This document shows positions 1-9,722 of a stretch of 55,189 nt of DNA, piece after piece. This DNA comes from a virus (Duplodnaviria > Caudoviricetes), in IMG/VR virus record IMGVR_UViG_3300048851_000215, positions 1-55,189 of that record; one strand, written 5' to 3'. A program made the position numbers and the translations under genes. Positions within the stretch are counted from its first letter, which is position 1. Each line of letters opens with the position of its first letter. The notes under the pieces were generated by a model, which saw only the letters and a program-made list of their open reading frames with translations, did no database searches and was not told where the DNA came from.

Positions 1-1185
1 TCAGCCAGTTTCCTCTTCAATTCGCTGGGTATCCGCTGGCCCGGCGAAAAGCTCCAGCGTCGCGCGCGCGTCGGGGCCCGTCGCGGATCGCTGGATGTAG
101 TGCTTCCGAGTCACGGCAATGCTTGAGTGCCCCAGCTGATCGCGTGCGGTGTTCTCGTCAGTCGAGTCAGCCAGCAGGGTGGCGACTGCCTTGCGGAACG
201 TCTTCGGAACGACCCAGTCTTCGTACCCACTCGCGACTCTGAAGGCCCGCCACTGCGTGCGGAAGTTGTTCGGGCTTCGCAGCGTGCCGTCGGCAGAGTC
301 GAAGACGAACTCGCTCTGTCTGGTCTGCATCCGACGCATGAGCATCGATACGACGAACGGGGGCAGCTTCAACGTGCGGTTTGACGTGTCGCTCTTCGTC
401 GCCTGCTGGAGGGTGTAACCCTGCCCTGTGGCGAACACGACCGTGGCGTGAATGGTGACCGTGGGGATGGTCGCGCCGATGTCGAGGTCGTCCCAACGGA
501 TGGCGAAAAGTTCACCCGTTCGCACGCCAGTGCCGAGCATCATGTCGACGGGATCGGCGAGGTCGGTCTGGCGGAGTCTGTTGCGCTTGTCGCGGCCATC
601 GTCCCACTCACGGAGCTTCGCGCGCAGCACGACTGCAGCATCGATGCCGACGGTCTGCACCGGCGACTTCCCTCGAGGTGTTGGGCCGGCGTCGCGCACC
701 GGGTTGCTGGACATCGCGCCGCGGCGAACGGCCAGTCGGCACATCCCGGACAACACGACTCTGCTCAGTCGTGCCGTCTCGGGTCCGGACGATGAGGCCA
801 ACGCCTGCAGGAAGCGGTCGATGGCGGGGACGGTGAGCTCGCGGAGCTGAAGGGAACCGATGCCCTTCAGGATGTGGGTGACTTGGCGGTTGTAGAGGGT
901 CACGGTGCCGGCCGACCGGCCGAGCCGGTCGAGTTCCTTCAACCACTCATCCGCCAGGGCGGACAGCCGAGTCTCGGGGCTGAGATCCTCACCGTGGAGC
1001 TGCGCCCGTTCGGTCAGCGCAGTGATCAATTCGCGCTCGGCGGCCGCGCCCGTCTTTCCTTTCCGTTCGACCTGGCGGGTTACCCCGTCGTAGTCGCGGT
1101 AGCGGGCGTATGCGACGTAGTGGCCGTCGCGTCTCACGCGAGTGACCTTGCCCCACGATCCCAGAACGAGCGGCGGCCTAGCCAT
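1..1185 (-). CDS. int: Tyrosine integrase
   Basis: GVRTGEL (Arg I), KTFR (HxxR box), LGHSSIAVTRKHY (His and catalytic Tyr). Confidence 0.95.
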   Translation of the reverse strand: MARPPLVLGSWGKVTRVRRDGHYVAYARYRDYDGVTRQVERKGKTGAAAERELITALTERAQLHGEDLSPETRLSALADEWLKELDRLGRSAGTVTLYNRQVTHILKGIGSLQLRELTVPAIDRFLQALASSSGPETARLSRVVLSGMCRLAVRRGAMSSNPVRDAGPTPRGKSPVQTVGIDAAVVLRAKLREWDDGRDKRNRLRQTDLADPVDMMLGTGVRTGELFAIRWDDLDIGATIPTVTIHATVVFATGQGYTLQQATKSDTSNRTLKLPPFVVSMLMRRMQTRQSEFVFDSADGTLRSPNNFRTQWRAFRVASGYEDWVVPKTFRKAVATLLADSTDENTARDQLGHSSIAVTRKHYIQRSATGPDARATLELFAGPADTQRIEEETG

Positions 1186-1669
1186 ACATTCGCCAACCGT
1201 GGCGGACCATGCGAGCGTAGGTGCGCATCACCTTCTCGGTGACTCGCAGCTCAAGGCCGATCTCCCCCGGGTCGTCGGATGCGATCTGCTCTACTCGGGA
1301 GGGTCGAATCAGGCGCATCGCGGTGAGACGGTCAGCGCGATCCTCCTGAATCTTCGTGGTCCCGACGTCCTTGTGCTCGAAGTGCACCAGCTCGTGAGTG
1401 AGAGCGCATCGTTCGATCACCCCCTGAGCGTCCGAGCGGATGAAGATGGCGTCGTACCTGGAGCTGTAACACGCCACCATCTCAGGCCGAGGCAACTCCT
1501 CACGGTAGACGACCGCGGCCCCCACGCTCTCGGCATGGTCCCACGGGTCGTAGTCCCGCCAGCATGGGCTGTCGATGAAACCGTCGGCGCCGAACATGCG
1601 TGCTCGCGTCTCTCTCTGCGCGAGCGTTCCCGGCGACAGGATCTCGAGGTAGTCATCGAGCGCATCCAT
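1178..1669 (-). CDS. ImmA/IrrE-family metallopeptidase (anti-repressor)
   Basis: HELVH zinc motif; lies between repressor and integrase. Confidence 0.85.
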   Translation of the reverse strand: MDALDDYLEILSPGTLAQRETRARMFGADGFIDSPCWRDYDPWDHAESVGAAVVYREELPRPEMVACYSSRYDAIFIRSDAQGVIERCALTHELVHFEHKDVGTTKIQEDRADRLTAMRLIRPSRVEQIASDDPGEIGLELRVTEKVMRTYARMVRHGWRMYG

Positions 1670-2077
1670 TCAGCCCCCTCTGTTCGGGTCGATAGTGGTG
1701 TCGTCTGTGGTGGCAGCGAGTTGCTCGTTGCGAAGATCGACGGTGTGTAGGTCGACAGCTTGCGGCGCACCACCGACATCCGCGTCGCGATCGACCGGAA
1801 GCGCTGGCACTGCGGAAAGAGTCGGGCGTGAGCGCTTGGCCAGTTCGATCAATAGCTCCCGGCCGTTCCATCCGGCTATTCCGGCGAGCGCGTCGACATC
1901 GTCTGTGTCGAGCGCGCGTTTCCCGCTGACGCGCTCTGAGACGTACCCCTGATTGCGGTTAAGGGCGTCAGCGATCTGGCTTTGGGTGATGCCCTCGGCC
2001 GCCATGAACCCCTTGTACTCGCGGGCGAACGCGACGCTCACGGGGCGCAGCTCGGGGTAGTCGTTCTTTCTCACCAT
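1670..2077 (-). CDS. XRE-family HTH immunity repressor
   Basis: ITQSQIADALNRNQGYVSERVSG HTH; divergent from cro-like gene. Confidence 0.85.
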   Translation of the reverse strand: MVRKNDYPELRPVSVAFAREYKGFMAAEGITQSQIADALNRNQGYVSERVSGKRALDTDDVDALAGIAGWNGRELLIELAKRSRPTLSAVPALPVDRDADVGGAPQAVDLHTVDLRNEQLAATTDDTTIDPNRGG

Positions 2078-2085
2078 AGCCTTAA

Positions 2086-2144
2086 CTATGGCATATGCGC
2101 TACGGCGTGTCTACGTTGTGCCCTGTTATGGCATATGCAATACT
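2086..2144. promoter_or_regulatory. Immunity switch: two GCATATGC-core operators and a rightward promoter
   Basis: GCATATGC at 2091 and 2131; TTGTGC(2116)-17 bp-AATACT(2139), ATG at 2151 suggests a leaderless mRNA. Confidence 0.75.
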
Positions 2145-2150
2145 CGGGTC

Positions 2151-2387
2151 ATGAAGTCATCTACAGCGCAGCAGACGACAGCGAACGCCGTCCGGGTCCA
2201 GCTAGCTCGCAAGAACCGAAGCCAGCGGTGGCTCGCCGACGAGCTCGGGATGACGACTCACGCGCTCAGCCGGCGCATGACGGGCAAGACAAGGTTCACG
2301 ACCGATGACATCGACCGCATCGCGGAGGTCTTCGGCATGGACTTCATCACGTTCATCACGTCAGACGTCCTGGCGGCCGCGGCATGA
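2151..2387 (+). CDS. Cro-like HTH regulator
   Basis: SQRWLADELGMTTHALSRRMTG HTH; start reassigned to ATG 2151. Confidence 0.8.
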   Translation: MKSSTAQQTTANAVRVQLARKNRSQRWLADELGMTTHALSRRMTGKTRFTTDDIDRIAEVFGMDFITFITSDVLAAAA

Positions 2388-2581
2388 CCGGCGAAATCGT
2401 GTCCATCCAGCGGGCATCAGAGATCACCGGGTTGAAGGTCAAGACGCTCTACAACCTGCGTAGCGCTGGCCAGGGCCCCGCATCGTTCAGCCTCCGCCAC
2501 CGCGTCCGCTACTACCTCTCCGACCTCGAGGCGTGGATCGCTGCGGAAGCCTCCACCGGCGAGAACCGCCGAGCCTCGTAA
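2384..2581 (+). CDS. Excisionase/AlpA-like DNA-binding protein
   Basis: TLYNLRSAGQGP...VRYYLSDLEAWI pattern; ATGA overlap with cro. Confidence 0.75.
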   Translation: MTGEIVSIQRASEITGLKVKTLYNLRSAGQGPASFSLRHRVRYYLSDLEAWIAAEASTGENRRAS

Positions 2582-2617
2582 CCCTCACCCTCGCGCCACC
2601 CGATCGAAGGAGTCACC

Positions 2618-2941
2618 ATGGCCACCGCCCTCGCACACCGCAACGACCCGGACACCTCGCACATCGCTGCCGCGGCCCTCGATCCCGAGGAGAACAACCG
2701 GGTGAAGGGCGCGATCCTCTCGATCCTCGCCCACCAGCCGATGCCCGTGTTCCAGCTCACCGGCGCCTACTTCGCTCGCCGCGAGTCGGCCGGCTGGCCG
2801 TTCGTGAAACCCGACTCGATCGCGAAGCGTCTCTCCGAGCTGCGGAACGCCGGAAAGGTCATCGACTCGGGCGATCGGGTCACCGGTCAGTTCAACCGCC
2901 CTGTCGCCGTCTGGGCTCTTCCCGAGCCCGTAGCCGCCTGA
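2618..2941 (+). CDS. Winged-helix-like phage protein
   Basis: AAGGAG RBS; DPDTSH N-terminus, KRLSELRNAGKVIDSG. Confidence 0.6.
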   Translation: MATALAHRNDPDTSHIAAAALDPEENNRVKGAILSILAHQPMPVFQLTGAYFARRESAGWPFVKPDSIAKRLSELRNAGKVIDSGDRVTGQFNRPVAVWALPEPVAA

Positions 2942-3001
2942 ATCCTCGCGCCGCGCGAACGCGCCCCGCATCCGTCTTGTCTTTGAAGGGAGACACCGCC
3001 A

Positions 3002-4234
3002 ATGGCGAAGACACTAGAAGTGAAGAACTACAAGGGCCTCAAGCATGTGGCCCTCTCCCCCGGCGACCGGTCGCTGATCGTGATCGCCGGCGCGAATGGC
3101 GCTGGGAAGTCGAGTTTCATCGACCCCCTGCGCGAGCTGTTCCGCTACAAGGGCGTGAAGGAGACCCCACACCCCATCCGCGACGGCGAGGACTCGGCGT
3201 TCTCGGAGTACGTCGACACCGACCTCGACATCCGGTTCCGGCGCGACTGGAAGCGCAGCGCCTCGGGGAAGATCACGTCGACGTTCTCGGCGTACGCCCT
3301 CGACGGCGCGAAGCACGACTCCGCGACCGCGATCCTCGCGCAGCACCTCGGCGGCGAGCTGATCGACCCGGTCGAATTCGTGAACCTCGACGAGAAGAAG
3401 CAGCGCGAAGTCCTCCTGTCGAAGGTCGAGCTGCCGTTCGACATCGATCGTCTAGCCGCCGAGAAGAAGGGCGCGGAGGAACGCCGCCTTCTCGCCGGCC
3501 GCGAGGTCGAGCGACTGCGCGGCGCGCTGGCCTCGCTCCCGAAGGCGACCGTGCCGAAGGGCACGGAACCGACCTCCGCGACGGCGATCCTCGCTGAGAT
3601 AGCGGACGCCGAGTCGAAGAACAACGCTCGCTTCCGGCTCATGGCACGCCGGAACGAAGCCGAGACCGAGATCGCGAAGCTCGAGGCGCGACTCGTCGAG
3701 CTGCGGAACAGCGTCGCTGAGGTTCGCGCTCAGCTCGCTGAAGCCCCACCGCTGATCGATACCGACGCGATCCGCGCGCGCCTGGCGGCCGTCGAGGACA
3801 CGAACGCCGAGATCCTCGCGTCGAAGTCCTGGCACGAGACGAGTGATCTCTTCGACGCCGCCCTGTCGAAGTACGAGGCGGAGCAGTCGGAACTTGATCG
3901 CATCGTGAAGGTCAAGGCTGAGGGGCTCGCCGCCGCGAATTTCCCCCTCGCGGACCTCTCGGTTGACGACGACGGGGTGACCTTCCGCGGGGTGCCGTTC
4001 GTGCAGCTCAACTCCGCGCAGCAGGTCGTCGTCGGCTTCGACATTGCCACCTCCGGCAACCCCGACCTGAAGCTCATCTTCATCAGAAGCGGCGACCTCC
4101 TCGACGACGACACCCTCGCGCTCCTCGCGGCCCGCGGTGAGGAGCGCGGCTACACGATCATCACCGAGCGCGGCCGGGACAACTCCGAGGCCATCGGCTA
4201 CGTCATCGACGACGGAGAGCTGGTGAACGCATGA
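3002..4234 (+). CDS. SMC/Rad50-like ATPase with coiled coil
   Basis: Walker A GANGAGKSS, central coiled coil, LNSAQQ signature-like motif. Confidence 0.8.
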   Translation: MAKTLEVKNYKGLKHVALSPGDRSLIVIAGANGAGKSSFIDPLRELFRYKGVKETPHPIRDGEDSAFSEYVDTDLDIRFRRDWKRSASGKITSTFSAYALDGAKHDSATAILAQHLGGELIDPVEFVNLDEKKQREVLLSKVELPFDIDRLAAEKKGAEERRLLAGREVERLRGALASLPKATVPKGTEPTSATAILAEIADAESKNNARFRLMARRNEAETEIAKLEARLVELRNSVAEVRAQLAEAPPLIDTDAIRARLAAVEDTNAEILASKSWHETSDLFDAALSKYEAEQSELDRIVKVKAEGLAAANFPLADLSVDDDGVTFRGVPFVQLNSAQQVVVGFDIATSGNPDLKLIFIRSGDLLDDDTLALLAARGEERGYTIITERGRDNSEAIGYVIDDGELVNA

Positions 4235-4338
4235 GCCCCGACGACTTGGCGTACGAGCACGACGACCCCAAGCGTCCTGGCTACATCGACTGGCTGCTCG
4301 GCGCCGCGGACACGATCAGAGACGAGCCACCATGCTGA
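4231..4338 (+). CDS. Small hypothetical protein (35 aa)
   Basis: Hand-translated MSPDDLAYEHDDPKRPGY...; overlaps both neighbours. Confidence 0.5.
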   Translation: MSPDDLAYEHDDPKRPGYIDWLLGAADTIRDEPPC

Positions 4339-4931
4339 CCCACCTCGACCGGATCGTCAACGACGGAAGCAACCGTGAAGCATGGCTCGCCAGTCGCCGC
4401 GGACGGGTCGGGGCATCGACCGCCGCGAAATTCTCGAAGGCGTCCTCCGTCGACCTGTACGTCGCCGACATGCTCAACGACCGCAGCTGGGGCGGCAACG
4501 AGTTCACCCGCTCCGGTCACCGGTGGGAGCCGATGATGCTGGCCTGGGCTGGCATCCCTCAGAACGTCGCTCTCTTCCACTCCCCCGACGACACCGACCA
4601 CGTAGCTACCCCTGACGGTCTCACGACCGGTCGCATCCGTCTTGCCGAGTGCAAGGCGAAGCACGACCGCATCGTGACAGGTCCAACGCTCGCCGAGTGG
4701 CGGCAGGTCGCCTGGCAGTTCCTTGTTCTGCCGGAAGCCGAGGAGTGCGAGTTCATCTGGGCCGAGGTCGTCAACGGCAGGCTGCGCGGTGACGAGCCGA
4801 AGTCCATCACCATCGCCCACACCGACCCCAAGGTGATCGAGCTGCAGAACCTCATCCTGCCGATCGCCAGAGAAGTACTCGAGCGCTACCGCGCCGCCCT
4901 CGATTTCCAGAAGGAGCTGTCCGCAGCATGA
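4332..4931 (+). CDS. YqaJ-like viral recombinase exonuclease
   Basis: WLASRRGRVGAS, GHRWEP, ATPDG, ECK, QVAWQ motifs. Confidence 0.85.
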   Translation: MLTHLDRIVNDGSNREAWLASRRGRVGASTAAKFSKASSVDLYVADMLNDRSWGGNEFTRSGHRWEPMMLAWAGIPQNVALFHSPDDTDHVATPDGLTTGRIRLAECKAKHDRIVTGPTLAEWRQVAWQFLVLPEAEECEFIWAEVVNGRLRGDEPKSITIAHTDPKVIELQNLILPIAREVLERYRAALDFQKELSAA

Positions 4932-5914
4932 GCACCGACGTCACCCCCTACCGCCAGTCGAGCCTGGCCGATCGCAAGGAATATGCCCAGACCCTTTCGT
5001 CTGCCGGCGATCTCCTCCCTCGGGGCCTGTGGGCTCCCGTCCAGAAGCCCGACGGCAGCATGGGCCCTGCCGCGCCGTCCCCCGGCAAGGTGCTGCTCGT
5101 GCTCGAAACGGCCGCGATGCTCGGGCTCGACCCGATGGCGGGCCTGCAGGGCATCCACGTCATCGAGGGCAAGGCGTCGCTCTCCGCTGCGCTGATGTCG
5201 GCCGTCATCCGCGCGAAGGGGTTCACCCTTAGAGTCACGTCGACGGGCTCCGTGAGCGCCGGAGACTACGCCGCCACCGCCACGCTCGTCCGCCCCGACG
5301 ACCCCGAGCACACCTACTCCGCCACATGGAACGTCGAGCGGGCTACCCGCGCCGGCCTCATGGGCAAGGACAATTGGAAGAAGTACTTCGAGGCGATGGC
5401 GAAGGCTCGCGCGATCTCGGAAGTGTGCCGTGAAGGCGCCGAAGACGTACTGCTGGGAGTGCACTACACGCCGGAGGAGCTCGAGAGCGCCGTCGACGCC
5501 GGCGAGCTGCGGCCGCACGAGGAACCGTCCGCCCCGACGACTGACTGGGCTGCTCGGATCAACGAGGCGCCGACGGCCGGCGCCGTGAAGAATGTGTGGC
5601 GTAGCATCCCCGACGCCGAGCGCACGGACGAATTGCAGACCCAGACTCTCGCCCGCGGCGGTGCTCTCCGCCGCGCTGAGGAGACCGCCGAGGCGGCTCC
5701 GGCCGCCGCCGAAGAAGCCCCGCCCGCAGACCATTCGGAGCCCGCGCCGACAGACGCGCCCGCGTCCTCCACCGAGGACATCGTCGACGCTGAGTTAGTC
5801 GAAGAGTCCGCCCACGCTGATCCGGCCACGGGCGAGATCAGCGCCGAGGAGTACGACCGGATCGAAGCCGAAGAGTTCGCTCGCTGGCAGGCGAGCCAGG
5901 GCGGTGCAGCATGA
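4928..5914 (+). CDS. RecT-like single-strand annealing protein
   Basis: Follows exonuclease; IHVIEGK, NWKKY..AM..ARA, YTPEEL; acidic tail. Confidence 0.7.
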   Translation: MSTDVTPYRQSSLADRKEYAQTLSSAGDLLPRGLWAPVQKPDGSMGPAAPSPGKVLLVLETAAMLGLDPMAGLQGIHVIEGKASLSAALMSAVIRAKGFTLRVTSTGSVSAGDYAATATLVRPDDPEHTYSATWNVERATRAGLMGKDNWKKYFEAMAKARAISEVCREGAEDVLLGVHYTPEELESAVDAGELRPHEEPSAPTTDWAARINEAPTAGAVKNVWRSIPDAERTDELQTQTLARGGALRRAEETAEAAPAAAEEAPPADHSEPAPTDAPASSTEDIVDAELVEESAHADPATGEISAEEYDRIEAEEFARWQASQGGAA

Positions 5915-6378
5915 CCGAGTTCATCGATGAGAAAACCGGCGAGGTGCACGACGGCGACGACGTCCAGGTGAGCCGCAACGAGTTCGTGCTCAAGGCTGAC
6001 GCGCTCCGCAACGCGGCCTCACCAACCAACCCGGTCGAGATGGAGTTCTTCATCCGCGAGGCGAACGCGCTGCTTGAGCAGCTGCCGTCCGTGCTGCTGG
6101 AGATCAACGAGCGTCGCTACGCCGCTGAGCGCGCCCACTCGCGACGAAAGAACGAGCAGATGGCGTTCTACGGCCGCCAGGGCATGGCCGTGACCTTCGC
6201 CCGCGCGCAGGCCGAGAGCGATGCGATGCCCGAACTCGAGGTCTGGCACGGCACCAAGGCCGAGTACCACTACGCCGAGGACACCGAGCGCGCACTGCGC
6301 ACGAAGATCTACTCGATGTTGAACATCAACAAGGCCGTCGTCGCGCAGTACGGCTCCTACGGGGGCGGCCAGAGATGA
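5911..6378 (+). CDS. Hypothetical helical protein
   Basis: ATGA-coupled in operon. Confidence 0.6.
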   Translation: MTEFIDEKTGEVHDGDDVQVSRNEFVLKADALRNAASPTNPVEMEFFIREANALLEQLPSVLLEINERRYAAERAHSRRKNEQMAFYGRQGMAVTFARAQAESDAMPELEVWHGTKAEYHYAEDTERALRTKIYSMLNINKAVVAQYGSYGGGQR

Positions 6379-6815
6379 TCACACCGAAGCGGCAGATCGT
6401 GCGCCTGGGCAGGGCGGGCGTCGCCCGGCTCTACGCCGGCGTCGATCGTCGTGACGGCCGCCAGTGTCGCAAGACCGGCTTTAGCCTGGGCGACCGCGCC
6501 GAGCACCACCACCGCCAGTATCTTTCCCGCCAGGGCTCCGACGTCGCCTCGAACCTCGTGACCCTGTACGGGCCCGGCAACACGCAGGGCACTCATGGGT
6601 GGGCGCACTCGAGCGCCGAGGCGCGCCTCCTCGGCTACTCGATCCCGGCGTTTGTGGAAGACGTCGAGGAGGTGCCGATCAAGATCATGGCCGGAGAGCG
6701 CGGGTTCGTCTGGGCGCGCCTGTTCGACGACTTCACGATCGGCTACATGACCGAGCAAGACGCAGCGAACGAGATGCGCCGCCTCGGCATCTGGCGAGAT
6801 GGGGAATCCGCCTAA
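6375..6815 (+). CDS. HNH endonuclease-like protein
   Basis: RDGRQC...HHHRQ..SRQG...SNLVTL...HGWAH. Confidence 0.7.
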   Translation: MITPKRQIVRLGRAGVARLYAGVDRRDGRQCRKTGFSLGDRAEHHHRQYLSRQGSDVASNLVTLYGPGNTQGTHGWAHSSAEARLLGYSIPAFVEDVEEVPIKIMAGERGFVWARLFDDFTIGYMTEQDAANEMRRLGIWRDGESA

Positions 6816-7633
6816 TGGCCCAGAAAGACAAGCGTCTCTACGCACAATTCACCCTCGACTTCGCAGACTCACACAAGATCGCGCCGCTGTCCGACTCCGC
6901 CTTCCGATCACTGGTGAAGATGGTGCTCTGGTCCCGCCGGATGCTCACCGATGGTCGCGTGCCCGGGCGGATGGCCACGGTCTTGGCTACCCCGAAAGCG
7001 CTCGCCGAGCTGACCTCGAATGACGATGACAATCCATCACTTCACAAGGTCGGGTCTGACTACTACATCCATGACTTCGCCGAGCACCAGCAGACGAAAG
7101 AACAGATCGAGGCTCGCGCCCGCGTAAACACAGAGAACGGGCGAAGGGGCGGGCGCCCGAAAGCTAACCCAGAACGAACCGAACCGGTTAGCGAGTCGGT
7201 TAGCGAAACGGAACCGAGCGGCCAACCGACTGCGAAGCCAGCGGAAACACAGAGTACAGAGACAGAGACAACCTCTACTGACGTAGAGGTGAGCCCGCGC
7301 AAGCGCGGCACTCGCATCCCTGAACCGTTCATCGTCACAGGCGACATGCGGGCATGGGCCGCCGAGAGCGTCCCCGGCCTGAACGTTGATCTGTCCACGC
7401 AGAAGTTCACCAACTACTGGCGGGCCAAGGCTGGGCGCGACGCCGCGAAGCTCGACTGGCCCGCGACGTGGCGGAACTGGCTGCTCAACGACCATGAGCG
7501 GTCGGTCGCTCCGGGACCCCAGCGCAAGACGACGGCCGCCGAGCGTGCACACGCACTCACCCTGAAGCTGAGAGGAGAAGCCAATGCTGATGGATCAGAC
7601 ATCCGAGCTCTTGACGGTCCTCGCCGCGGTTGA
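6815..7633 (+). CDS. Replication initiator-like protein
   Basis: YYIHDFAEHQ, GRRGGRPK, low-complexity linker, C-terminal KLDWPATWRNW; start overlaps upstream TAA. Confidence 0.7.
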   Translation: MAQKDKRLYAQFTLDFADSHKIAPLSDSAFRSLVKMVLWSRRMLTDGRVPGRMATVLATPKALAELTSNDDDNPSLHKVGSDYYIHDFAEHQQTKEQIEARARVNTENGRRGGRPKANPERTEPVSESVSETEPSGQPTAKPAETQSTETETTSTDVEVSPRKRGTRIPEPFIVTGDMRAWAAESVPGLNVDLSTQKFTNYWRAKAGRDAAKLDWPATWRNWLLNDHERSVAPGPQRKTTAAERAHALTLKLRGEANADGSDIRALDGPRRG

Positions 7634-8000
7634 CAACCGTGAGGTTACCGAGTTCACGATCGGGGCATGGCACGAGGTGATTGGTCATCTCGACTACTCG
7701 ATCGCGCGCGCTGCGGTCATCGCTGCCAGGCAGAACACGACGATCAGCTACGTCGAACCGCGGCATGTCTTGGCCCACGCCGAGACTCTCCACAGCCAGC
7801 GGGAACGTCAGCAGCGCATCGCTGCAGCCGGTCAGGAGCGGATCTACAAGACCTCGCCCAAACCCGCCAACTTCGAGGCTCTCGCAGCTGCGGCCGCATC
7901 TGGTGATCCAATTGCTCTCGCTCGCGAGAAGGCCGTCTACAACCAGCAGCTGATCGACGGCGGCTACGCGCCGCTGTACGAGGTCGGTGAGGCGCGATGA
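7584..8000 (+). CDS. Possible helicase loader/inhibitor-like protein
   Basis: Follows initiator; DNR...AWHEVIG pattern. Confidence 0.5.
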   Translation: MLMDQTSELLTVLAAVDNREVTEFTIGAWHEVIGHLDYSIARAAVIAARQNTTISYVEPRHVLAHAETLHSQRERQQRIAAAGQERIYKTSPKPANFEALAAAAASGDPIALAREKAVYNQQLIDGGYAPLYEVGEAR

Positions 8001-8380
8001 GCGTGTCCATCGGGATCAACGTGTCGGAGTCGGTCTATCGCCGGCTCGTGGCAGTCGCTGATGCCCGCCAGGAGCCAGTGCACAAGCTCGTCGAGCGCCT
8101 GGCGGTTCTCGCTGTGACACCGCCAGCGCCGGTCGACAAGCGGAAGTACGTGCGGCTCACGCCCGAACGGCGCGAGCGACTGCGTCTCCTGCACACCGCC
8201 GGCTACTTCGACGGAGAGATCGCGAAGGAGCTCGGCGTCGACCGCCGAACGGTCTGGAACTGGCGTCAGCGCCTGGAGCTCAGCGCCCATCAGCGGCGCT
8301 CCATCACCCGCCAGTACGACCACGCTGGCACATCAAGTTTCCGCGCAGGTCGCGTGGATGGAAGGGAAATCTATGAGTAA
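7997..8380 (+). CDS. HTH DNA-binding protein
   Basis: DGEIAKELGVDRRTVWNWR. Confidence 0.7.
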   Translation: MSVSIGINVSESVYRRLVAVADARQEPVHKLVERLAVLAVTPPAPVDKRKYVRLTPERRERLRLLHTAGYFDGEIAKELGVDRRTVWNWRQRLELSAHQRRSITRQYDHAGTSSFRAGRVDGREIYE

Positions 8381-8756
8381 CCAGACGGGCGGCGGCGGGG
8401 CCAGCTTCGCAGCCGTCCTGGCCAGCATCCGGCCGAAGACCGACACCGAACTCGCCGAGGGACTCAACAGTCTCGTCGAAGCGGTGCAGGCCACAGGCAA
8501 GGCCGGATCGCTCACGGTGCGCTTCGAAGTGAAGCCCGCCGACGGCGGCGGCACCGCCGTCATCGTCAATGACAAGATCGCGCTCAAGCTGCCCGAGAAG
8601 AACCGGGCCGGCTCCATCGCCTACATCGGCGAGGGCAACCGCCTGCAGCGCACCGACCCGTCCGCGATGCCGCTGTTCAGCGACGACGACATCCGCGACG
8701 CACCCCAGAACGCCGACCCCAAGACCGGGGAGATCAAGGAGGCACCGCACGCATGA
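8373..8756 (+). CDS. Conserved phage protein, usual partner of DUF2303
   Basis: LVEAVQATGKAGSLTV...LQRTDP; adjacent to DUF2303-like gene. Confidence 0.6.
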   Translation: MSNQTGGGGASFAAVLASIRPKTDTELAEGLNSLVEAVQATGKAGSLTVRFEVKPADGGGTAVIVNDKIALKLPEKNRAGSIAYIGEGNRLQRTDPSAMPLFSDDDIRDAPQNADPKTGEIKEAPHA

Positions 8757-9655
8757 CCGCCTACGAGAATCAGCTCGAAGCTGCAGCCCAGGACACCGAG
8801 GCATCCGCTGTCGCCAACATCGCCGTGCAGGGGATGGAACCTCATCCCGTCGACACGAGCGAAATCTACGCCGTCCCCGACGGGGCGGGTGGGGTGAAGG
8901 TGATCGACACCGACAAGTACGCCACGTCGCCGCGGCGAGCCGAGGCGAAGCGCACCGTCACCGACGCGGCGTCGTTCGTGGGCTACCTCAACCGGCACAG
9001 CACCCCGGGCACCGAAGTGTTCGCTGATACGCCCGCATCCAGGGTCATCGCGATCGTCGATTCCCACGAGGGGACCGGCGCGCCGGCGGGATGGCAGGGG
9101 CACCGCCTCGAACTCTCGCTCGAGCACACCAAGGCGAGGAAGGCCTGGGCGGCGCACGATCTCGGCACCAACCCCCGCGGGTGGTTCGACCAGCAGGAGT
9201 TCGCCGAGTTCATCGAGGACCGAGCGCTCGACGTGCAGGACCCGGATCATGCACGCCTGATCGAGCTCGCTACCAAGTTCGAAGCGACTAAGTCGGTCGA
9301 CTTCGGCTCGGCCGTGAGGCTCGACACGGGCGAGGTTCAGTTCCAGTACACCGAAACGGTCGGCGCCAAGAAGGGCGCGAAGGATGCGATCGAGTTCCCG
9401 AAGGAGCTGAAGCTCGCGATCCGGCCCTACATCGGCGGCCCGGTCTACTTCGTGTGGGCATCGCTCCGTTACCGCATGGGCGCTGACGGGCTCCGTCTCG
9501 GGTACGCCCTGCAGCGACCGGAGAACATCCTCGAGGCGGCGTTCGTGGACATCGTCACCGAGATCCGCGAGGGCAAGACGGTGAAGACCGACGACGCCGA
9601 GACGGTCGTACACGAGGGAATTGGCGACGTCCCGATCTTCTACGGCCGGCCGTAA
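8753..9655 (+). CDS. DUF2303 (YfdQ-like) protein
   Basis: DAASFVGY, QQEFAEFIED, F.SAVRLDTGEVQFQY. Confidence 0.8.
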   Translation: MTAYENQLEAAAQDTEASAVANIAVQGMEPHPVDTSEIYAVPDGAGGVKVIDTDKYATSPRRAEAKRTVTDAASFVGYLNRHSTPGTEVFADTPASRVIAIVDSHEGTGAPAGWQGHRLELSLEHTKARKAWAAHDLGTNPRGWFDQQEFAEFIEDRALDVQDPDHARLIELATKFEATKSVDFGSAVRLDTGEVQFQYTETVGAKKGAKDAIEFPKELKLAIRPYIGGPVYFVWASLRYRMGADGLRLGYALQRPENILEAAFVDIVTEIREGKTVKTDDAETVVHEGIGDVPIFYGRP

Positions 9656-9663
9656 CCAGAACC

Positions 9664-9696
9664 GGGCGGCCAGACGATTGCAGCGTCTGGCCGCCC
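9664..9696 (+). terminator. GC-rich hairpin (possible terminator/processing site)
   Basis: GGGCGGCCAGACG-7 nt-CGTCTGGCCGCCC; no U-tract. Confidence 0.5.
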
Positions 9697-9722
9697 CTCA
9701 CCCCACCGATTCGAGGGAACCA

